A DNA stretch of 64,000 bases from Deltaproteobacteria bacterium. GTDB taxonomy: Bacteria; Desulfobacterota; Binatia; Bin18. Shown piece by piece: positions 57,566-64,000 of the stretch (position 1 is the stretch's first letter; each line of letters begins with the position of its first letter). The stretch covers positions 40,887 to 104,886 of the forward strand of contig VGTJ01000001.1 in NCBI GenBank assembly GCA_016874775.1, given 5' to 3'. The position numbers and the translations under genes are program-made. The notes below the pieces were generated by a model that was not told the DNA's origin, searched no databases, and saw nothing but the letters and a program-made list of their open reading frames with translations.

Positions 57566-58237
57566 TTAACCGAGTGTTGGCTTTCTCCAGGCCTCGATTC
57601 CCAACGCCACAACCCACACCATCAACAACACACTTGCTGGCATATTGATGAGCATGGAAAGGTCCGAGAACCCTGTATACGCGATGGCAATCCCCGCGAT
57701 CGCTGTTGGAATGCCGCTCACCATCGCCAATGCTCCGAGCCAGCGCGGAAAGCGCTGGTCAAGAACTAACGCGATACCATAAACCACGACTGTCAGTCCG
57801 AAGAGGATGCTGCTCATGCTGGCAAGCCCGATCTCAATTTGCCGCACGGCGAAGGTCGCGTGAAAGAGCGATGTTTTCTCTGGCTCTGTCGCTGCGGCCC
57901 AGTGATCCACCATAATCTTGAGAGCTACGCCATCAACTGCTTGTAGCGCTGTTGCCAGAGATAAGCTCGCGCCTGCACCGATTCTTATGACAGGCACCCA
58001 GAGTGCGGTTGGTCCATCCTCCAGCGTGTGAGAGAACAATACGAGCGCTGCGAGCAGTAATATGACACCGAGCAACTGCGCCAGATGACTGGCGACCCAG
58101 TGCGGATCGGCGGCATATTCGCCGAATGCTGCTACCGGTACATTGGGGTCTGCGCTCATTGGATGCAGAAAGGTACCGATCAACAACAGACCCGCACCAA
58201 GAATGGCCACGATCAAGCCGATTTTTCCATTTGGCAT
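57566..58237 (-). CDS. integral membrane protein of unknown function (6 predicted TM)
   Basis: 223 aa, hydrophobic throughout, with no recognisable catalytic motif. Confidence 0.55.
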   Translation of the reverse strand: MPNGKIGLIVAILGAGLLLIGTFLHPMSADPNVPVAAFGEYAADPHWVASHLAQLLGVILLLAALVLFSHTLEDGPTALWVPVIRIGAGASLSLATALQAVDGVALKIMVDHWAAATEPEKTSLFHATFAVRQIEIGLASMSSILFGLTVVVYGIALVLDQRFPRWLGALAMVSGIPTAIAGIAIAYTGFSDLSMLINMPASVLLMVWVVALGIEAWRKPTLG

Positions 58238-58411
58238 GTTTGACCTGTTACGTCGTGATTGTGCTATGCCCAGGGAATGCCTTGTTCTTTAGGGTGTTGT
58301 CTCTGGCCACAGGTTGCAAAACCGATAATCTGCCGCTATTACCCGATGCTCACATTTGCGCAGAGTACCAGAAAGGACACTGTTAGTATTCTCATGTCAT
58401 TTCATTTGTCG

Positions 58412-58464
58412 CCAATAGACACCGTAACTGTTGACCAATCAACAAAATCACGCTTACCTATTGG
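58412..58464. promoter_or_regulatory. inverted repeat CCAATAG-N39-CTATTGG enclosing a TTGACCAATCAA quasi-palindrome, in the leader of the RND operon
   Basis: Read directly from the sequence. It abuts the proposed adaptor-subunit start codon. Confidence 0.35.
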
Positions 58465-58465
58465 T

Positions 58466-59716
58466 ATGAATTGTCTCATCTCCCTTTGTATAAAGAATGT
58501 CTCCAAACGACCCGCAAAATCTTGTCCACCGGCAATCACTCTGAGAAAGGCTATCTATCACGGCTTTCTCTTGGTTGCGGTTCTGCTTGCCGCTAGCGGG
58601 TGTGAAACCCCGGCAAGCCCGCAAAAGGCGGCAACGCCGCCGCCGCCACCCGAGGTCCTTGTTACTGAAGTGGTTCAGCAAGATGTGCCTATCTATTTTG
58701 AATGGATTGGTACGACCGAAGGCTTTGTGAATGCGCAAATTCGCCCTCGGGTTCAGGGGAATCTGCAGTCGCGTGACTATAAGGAAGGCTCCTTTGTCAA
58801 GGCTGGGCAGCTTATCTTCGTGATTGATCCGCGCGAATACCAAGCTGCCCTCAAACAAGCGATAGGGGATTTGCGCCGGGCTGAGGCTAACCTCGGGAAG
58901 ACGCAACTCGACGTTGCTCGCTATACGCCGCTGGCGAAAGAGGGCGCCATCAGTCAGCAGGAACTCGATAATGCGATTCAAGCCCACCAAGCGAATAAAG
59001 CCTCAGTCGAAGCGGCGCGTGCTACTGTGGAGCGAGCTGAGCTGAATCTGAGCTGGACGAAAGTGACCGCACCAATCAGTGGTATCGCTGGTATTTCGGT
59101 TGCCCAGATCGGGGATCTGGTGACGCCGAATACGGTGCTGACGACTATTTCGCAGGTCGATCCGATAAAAGTCTATTACCCGATCAGTGAGCAAGAGTAT
59201 CTCCACTTCGCGAGTAGAATACGAGCCATAGAGCAGGGCCGAGGAGACGCTGCGCCACCACTCGAATTGACCCTGGCTGATGGCCGCGTGTATCCAAAAC
59301 GAGGGACGTTCAGTCTTGCCGATCGTCAAGTCGATTTGCGCACCGGTACCATTACTGTCCAGAGCGTGTTTCCCAATCCTGACAACATTCTCCGCCCTGG
59401 TCAGTATGCCAAGATTCGGGTTGCAGCTGAGACGCGGAAAGGGGCGTTACTAATCCCACAGCAAGCCGTGCAGCATCTGCAGGGCAGCCACCAGGTTGCG
59501 GTCGTTGGGGCGGACAATAAAGTCGAACTCCGGTCAGTAAAAGTTGGGGATCAGGTCGGGAACATGTGGATCGTGACCGAAGGTATCAAGCAGGGGGAAC
59601 GGATTGTTGTGTCAGGCATACAAAAAGTAAAAATGGGAGGGATAGTCAACCCAAAACCATTTGTGACCCCCTCTGAGCCCGCGCAAGCAACGGCTGGGGC
59701 GCCGAAGGGAACCTAG
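58466..59716 (+). CDS. RND efflux periplasmic adaptor (membrane fusion protein, HlyD/AcrA family)
   Basis: The lipobox-like LLAASGC is followed by coiled-coil and beta-barrel regions (QIRPRVQGNLQSRDYKEGSFVKAGQLIFVIDPREYQ). The track ORF starts at 58259, but the N-terminus is uncertain. Confidence 0.8.
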   Translation: MNCLISLCIKNVSKRPAKSCPPAITLRKAIYHGFLLVAVLLAASGCETPASPQKAATPPPPPEVLVTEVVQQDVPIYFEWIGTTEGFVNAQIRPRVQGNLQSRDYKEGSFVKAGQLIFVIDPREYQAALKQAIGDLRRAEANLGKTQLDVARYTPLAKEGAISQQELDNAIQAHQANKASVEAARATVERAELNLSWTKVTAPISGIAGISVAQIGDLVTPNTVLTTISQVDPIKVYYPISEQEYLHFASRIRAIEQGRGDAAPPLELTLADGRVYPKRGTFSLADRQVDLRTGTITVQSVFPNPDNILRPGQYAKIRVAAETRKGALLIPQQAVQHLQGSHQVAVVGADNKVELRSVKVGDQVGNMWIVTEGIKQGERIVVSGIQKVKMGGIVNPKPFVTPSEPAQATAGAPKGT

Positions 59717-59728
59717 CTTAAGGACAAA

Positions 59729-59850
59729 CGGGGAAAAACAAAAGCTGAAATGGAGAATCGGGGAAACGGGGAATCGGTGACAATAGGGAACAGGAGTTTT
59801 TTATTCTCCGATTCTCCCTGTCTCCGCTTCCCCGCTTCCCCTTCTCCTCT
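59729..59850. repeat. intergenic repeat family, copy 3 (core ggagaatcggggaaacggggaatcggtgacaa ... ctccgattctcc)
   Basis: It shares the core with copies at about 697-775 and 4212-4288. The inverted arms are ggagaatcgg/ccgattctcc. It lies between the adaptor and RND pump genes. Confidence 0.6.
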
Positions 59851-59879
59851 CATCCCCCTAGTTATGGAGATAACACCCA

Positions 59880-62800
59880 ATGGCAAAGATTTTCGTTGAC
59901 CGGCCTGTGGTGGCCATGGTCATTGCGATCCTTATGGTGATGGTCGGCATTGCTGCACTGGTGCGATTGCCGGTGGCGCAGTTTCCGAACATCGCCCCCC
60001 CACAAATTCAGCTCTGGGCAACGTACGTTGGTGCAGATGCGTTGACGCTTGAGCAGTCGGTCTCGACGCCGACGGAACAGCAGATGAGTGGCGTGGATAA
60101 CATGCTGTACATGTACTCCATCAACTCGAACAACGGCCAAGTGCGGCTGAATGTCATTTATGATGTTGGTACTGACCCCAACACTAACCAAATCCTCACG
60201 CAGATGCGCTATCAGCAGTCGGAGTCGCAAATGCCGGTTGAGGTACGCAACTTCGGGATCACGCTCCGTAAAGCGGTTGCCAGTCCGCTGGCGCTCTTTT
60301 CTATTTATTCCCCCAACGGCACGCATGACGCGCTGTTTCTCACCAACTATGCCAACATCAACATCAACGATCCGATGACGCGCGTGCAAGGTGTTGGGCA
60401 GGTCAACGTGTTTGGCGCTGGCCAATATGCGATGCGCTTCTGGGTGCGGCCCGACACATTGGCGAAGCTCAATATCACTGTCAATGAGATTCTTGAGGCG
60501 CTCACCAAACAAAATAGTGTGAATCCGGCGGGCCAGATCGGTGCTGAACCGGTACCACCTGGTCAAGTCTATACCTATACTGTGCGAGCGCGGGGTCGTC
60601 TGAGCAGTGTTGAAGAGTTCGAGAATGTGATCGTGCGCGCCAATCCTGATGGCTCGATTGTACGGATGAAGGATGTCGCGCGGGTGGAACTCGGCTCGCA
60701 GACCTACAATATGCAAGGTCGCATCAATGGCCGTGCTGCGGCGCTGATCGCTATTTACCAGGTGCCGGGGTCGAACGCCCTTGAAACCATGGCTCGTGCC
60801 AAAGCGCTGCTGGATGAGGTGAAGACCCGGTTCCCAGCGGATATGGATTATGAACTGACACTGGATACCACACGCGCAGTGAGTGAAGGTATTCACGAGA
60901 TCATCAAAACGCTCTTCATTGCCATCGTGCTGGTGACGCTGGTTGTGTATCTCTTTTTGCAAAGCTGGCGGGCAACGCTGATTCCGCTGCTCGCCGTTCC
61001 GGTGTCCTTGATCGGAACGTTCATCATCTTTCCATTCCTGGGTTTTTCGATTAACACGTTGTCTCTCTTTGGCTTGGTCCTTGCCATCGGTCTTGTCGTT
61101 GATGACGCGATCGTCGTGGTCGAAGCGGTTGAACGTCATATCGAAGAAGGACTGTCGCCACGCGATGCGACACTGAAAGCGATGGACGAAGTGTCCGGCC
61201 CAGTGGTCGCGATCGCGTTGATTTTGGTCGCAGTGTTTATTCCCTCTGCGTTTATTCCTGGGATTACCGGTGGTTTGTACCAGCAGTTCGCTGTGACCAC
61301 TGCCGTCTCGGTGGTGATCTCTGCACTGAATGCGCTCACGCTGAGCCCGGCGTTGTCGGCATTGTTGTTAAAGCCACGTACCCATTCTCGTGGTCCTCTG
61401 GCTCTATTCTTTCGTGGCTTTAATTGGGTTTTTGACAAAGTCACGAACGGTTACGTTTCTAGCTGTGCGTTTCTGATCCGAAAAGTCTGGTTCTCATTGC
61501 TGCTCTTAGGCGCCTTTGCCGTAGCGGGTGGGTGGATCGGATGGAAATTGCCTACCAGTTTTCTGCCACCAGAGGATCAAGGCTATTTCTTTTTGAACAT
61601 CCAGCTCCCGGTCGCTTCGTCCTTACAACGTACAGATGAGGTGTGCAAAAAGATTGAGGCGATGCTCAAAGAAACTCCTGGGGTCGAAACTTTCAACATG
61701 GTTATCGGCTTCAGCATGCTCAGCTTCTCGAATACCACCTTTAACGCCTTTGCTTTCGTGATGCTGAAGCCCTGGGGAGAGCGTGACCCCGAGGGGCTTA
61801 CGGCTGACGTAGTCATGCGCCGCCTCAATCAGCGGCTTGCGGGTCTTGTGGAGGCGCAAGCGTTTGCCTTCTCACCACCAGCGATTCCTGGTGTTGGTAC
61901 CTCTGGTGGTATCACTTTTATGCTGGAAGATCGTTCTGGTGGCAGTGTCGAGTTTCTCGCGCAGAATACCAGCAAGTTTCTTGAAGTCGCGCGGGCGCGC
62001 CCTGAGTTCGCGTCGTTAATGACGACATTTATTCCCAGTGTTCCGCAGGTTTTTGCCGATGTCGATCATGACAAGGTGATGAAGCAAGGCGTCGATTTGA
62101 GCGCGGTCTACCGCACGCTCCAGGCATTCATGGGTGGCAGCTTCGTCAACTACTTCAACCTCTTCGGGCGCACCTGGCAGGTGTACGTCCAAGCCGAAGG
62201 GGAGTATCGCACCAAGCCGGAGAACATCGGCCAGTTCCGCGTGCGTAATGCCGCAGGGCAAGCCGTGCCACTCTCGACCTTGATGAACATGAAGACCATC
62301 TACGGACCGGAGTTCACCATCCGTTTCAACGGCTACCGCGCTGCGCAAATCAACGGCGCGGTCGCACCAGGATATAGTACCGGTCAGGCCATGGCCGCGC
62401 TTGAGCAAGTGTTTGCCGAAACCATGCCCCCGGAAATGGGCTACGACTATATGGGCATGTCGTTCCAAGAGAAACAGGCGGCACTAGGAGTGAAGCCTCG
62501 TACGGTCTTTGCTCTCTCACTGTTGGTCGTGTTTCTGATTTTGGCGGCGCAATACGAGAGTTGGACGTTACCGTTCGGGGTGCTGCTCAGCACGCCAATT
62601 GCGGTCTTTGGGGCATTCCTCGTGCTCTGGTGGCGTGCGTTCGAGAACAATGTGTATACCCAGATCGGCTTGGTCATGCTGATTGGTCTGGCAGCCAAGA
62701 ATGCCATTCTGATCGTTGAGTTCGCCAAATTGGAATATGAACGAGGGACCCCGCTGATAGAGGCGGCATTAACCGGTGCCCGCTTACGGCTCCGTCCCAT

Positions 62801-63041
62801 TCTGATGACGGCATTTGCCTATATCTTAGGTGCTGTGCCATTGGCGATCGCGACCGGAGCGGGAGCACAGTCACGGCAAGTGCTTGGAACCGCTGTCATC
62901 GGTGGCATGATGGCAGCATCACTACTTGCTATTTTGCTGATCCCAGTGTCTTTCTATATGGTCGAGCGGCTCTTTCGACGCAAGAAAGTTGTGCCACCCT
63001 TACAAGAAGCAGACTTGCCTATGATGAAGATGACGGACTAA
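59880..63041 (+). CDS. RND efflux transporter permease (AcrB/HAE1 family)
   Basis: 1053 aa with 12 TM segments and two large periplasmic loops. The N-terminus MAKIFVDRPVVAMVIAILMVMVGIAAL is typical of AcrB. Confidence 0.9.
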   Translation: MAKIFVDRPVVAMVIAILMVMVGIAALVRLPVAQFPNIAPPQIQLWATYVGADALTLEQSVSTPTEQQMSGVDNMLYMYSINSNNGQVRLNVIYDVGTDPNTNQILTQMRYQQSESQMPVEVRNFGITLRKAVASPLALFSIYSPNGTHDALFLTNYANININDPMTRVQGVGQVNVFGAGQYAMRFWVRPDTLAKLNITVNEILEALTKQNSVNPAGQIGAEPVPPGQVYTYTVRARGRLSSVEEFENVIVRANPDGSIVRMKDVARVELGSQTYNMQGRINGRAAALIAIYQVPGSNALETMARAKALLDEVKTRFPADMDYELTLDTTRAVSEGIHEIIKTLFIAIVLVTLVVYLFLQSWRATLIPLLAVPVSLIGTFIIFPFLGFSINTLSLFGLVLAIGLVVDDAIVVVEAVERHIEEGLSPRDATLKAMDEVSGPVVAIALILVAVFIPSAFIPGITGGLYQQFAVTTAVSVVISALNALTLSPALSALLLKPRTHSRGPLALFFRGFNWVFDKVTNGYVSSCAFLIRKVWFSLLLLGAFAVAGGWIGWKLPTSFLPPEDQGYFFLNIQLPVASSLQRTDEVCKKIEAMLKETPGVETFNMVIGFSMLSFSNTTFNAFAFVMLKPWGERDPEGLTADVVMRRLNQRLAGLVEAQAFAFSPPAIPGVGTSGGITFMLEDRSGGSVEFLAQNTSKFLEVARARPEFASLMTTFIPSVPQVFADVDHDKVMKQGVDLSAVYRTLQAFMGGSFVNYFNLFGRTWQVYVQAEGEYRTKPENIGQFRVRNAAGQAVPLSTLMNMKTIYGPEFTIRFNGYRAAQINGAVAPGYSTGQAMAALEQVFAETMPPEMGYDYMGMSFQEKQAALGVKPRTVFALSLLVVFLILAAQYESWTLPFGVLLSTPIAVFGAFLVLWWRAFENNVYTQIGLVMLIGLAAKNAILIVEFAKLEYERGTPLIEAALTGARLRLRPILMTAFAYILGAVPLAIATGAGAQSRQVLGTAVIGGMMAASLLAILLIPVSFYMVERLFRRKKVVPPLQEADLPMMKMTD

Positions 63042-63044
63042 CAC

Positions 63045-64000
63045 ATGGCAGCCAAACGCAACCCACGTGGCGGGCAGGACGTACGTCATACGTTGGGGCG
63101 TCAACGTGCGGAGGCACTGTTTCCGGTAGCTCCTCCTCGCGTTGGCTTACCGGATGACTACGGTGTTGTTCTCGAAGAGATCAGGCGTCGCATTCAACAA
63201 GAACGCTTGCGGGTAGTGATGGCCGCGAACTCGGCCATGGTGTTGTTGTACTGGGACATCGGGCAGATGATTTTGCAGCGACAAGGCGATGCGGGGTGGG
63301 GTGCCAAAGTGATTGACCGTTTGGCTCAAGATCTGCGTGACGCTTTTCCTGATACGAAAGGATTTTCGCCGCGGAATCTCAAGTATATGCGTGCCTTTGC
63401 CGCGGCATGGCCAGATCGTGCAATTGTGCAGCAGCTTGCTGCACAATTGCCGTGGTTTCACAACTGTGTGCTTCTCGATCGAGTTTCGGACCGTGCGGAA
63501 CGCGACTGGTATGTGCGTCAGAGCATCAGGCACGGTTGGAGCCGCAATATCTTATCTTTGCAGATCGGCGCTCAAGCTTTTCAGCGAGTGAGTAGAGCCA
63601 TCACCAATTTTTCTGAAACGCTTCCACCTACAGATTCCGACATGGCGAGTCAGATTTTCAAAGACCCGTATCTCTTTGATTTCCTTGGTACGGCTGACCC
63701 GCGCCGAGAGCATGAGGTTGAGCAAGCGCTTGTTGATCATATCCAACGCTTTCTGTTGGAACTCGGAACCGGCTTCGCCTTTGTTGGGCGTCAAGTGCTA
63801 CTCGAAGTTGGAGACCAGGACTTTCACGTCGATTTGCTCTTCTATCATCTCAAACTTCGCAGTTATGTTGTGATCGAACTCAAAGCGGTACCGTTTGAGC
63901 CGGCATTTGTTGGACAGCTCAACCTCTATCTGTCTGCAGTCGATGACCTCTTACGTCACCCCGACGATAAACCTACTATCGGTTTGTTACTTTGCCGCTC
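63045..64000 (+). CDS. DUF1016/YhcG-like PD-(D/E)XK nuclease-domain protein, 3' end runs off the window
   Basis: MAAKRNPRGG... has a YhcG-like N-domain. The C-terminal region ...GFAFVGRQVLLEVGDQDFHVDLLFYHLKLRSYVVIELK matches a PD-(D/E)XK core. Confidence 0.7.
   Translation, partial: MAAKRNPRGGQDVRHTLGRQRAEALFPVAPPRVGLPDDYGVVLEEIRRRIQQERLRVVMAANSAMVLLYWDIGQMILQRQGDAGWGAKVIDRLAQDLRDAFPDTKGFSPRNLKYMRAFAAAWPDRAIVQQLAAQLPWFHNCVLLDRVSDRAERDWYVRQSIRHGWSRNILSLQIGAQAFQRVSRAITNFSETLPPTDSDMASQIFKDPYLFDFLGTADPRREHEVEQALVDHIQRFLLELGTGFAFVGRQVLLEVGDQDFHVDLLFYHLKLRSYVVIELKAVPFEPAFVGQLNLYLSAVDDLLRHPDDKPTIGLLLCR

Noticed and set aside
1-64000. CRISPR arrays, rRNA or tRNA genes, integrases or transposases
   Set aside because: No regularly spaced repeat-spacer array, no rRNA-like conserved blocks, no cloverleaf candidates and no recombinase ORFs were seen. 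The repeats present are short palindromic families, not IS elements.

Overview
The window is a gene-dense chromosomal segment, about 57% GC by eye. It likely comes from an uncultured diderm bacterium: it encodes a fused LptF/LptG LPS-export permease and an RND pump, plus two luciferase-like (F420-type) oxidoreductases, a 2-oxoacid:ferredoxin oxidoreductase pair and a Uma2 endonuclease. I cannot assign a phylum.

Recognisable housekeeping blocks:
- alanine dehydrogenase, then folD-gcvT-gcvH-gcvPA-gcvPB;
- an isc remnant (iscA-hscB-hscA-iscX) with no iscRSU or fdx;
- korAB, the acetolactate synthase large subunit and a short UvrA paralog;
- sppA, a lone clpP, a paired MaoC dehydratase, several MFS/DMT transporters and an RND efflux operon.

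Features that are not ordinary:
1. A roughly 3.1 kb STAND-type regulator (winged-helix, AAA ATPase with a GEAGIGKT motif, TPR array) is broken into three frames. One break coincides with a ~70-bp repeat that also occurs in-frame further down the same gene. Immediately upstream are four phased 11-bp direct repeats (TTACCGTA), next to a Cys-rich secreted protein and a 960-aa secreted Calx-beta/PQQ-dehydrogenase-like/Ig protein with a duplicated unclassified domain.
2. A ~2 kb AT-rich island sits where iscRSU would be expected. It encodes a 4-TM protein and a membrane-anchored prenyltransferase-repeat (alpha/alpha toroid) protein whose reading frame contains an internal TGA.
3. At least six families of short palindromic intergenic repeats recur across the window, including a ~90-bp composite two-hairpin element present twice.
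4. A 1.1 kb purine-rich stretch has no convincing gene. It carries an operator-like triple GTTGACA site and a possible zinc-ribbon mini-protein.
5. A cold-shock-like domain protein carries a ~190-aa Arg/Gln/Pro/Glu tail with tandem 36-bp repeats.

No rRNA, tRNA or CRISPR array was found.
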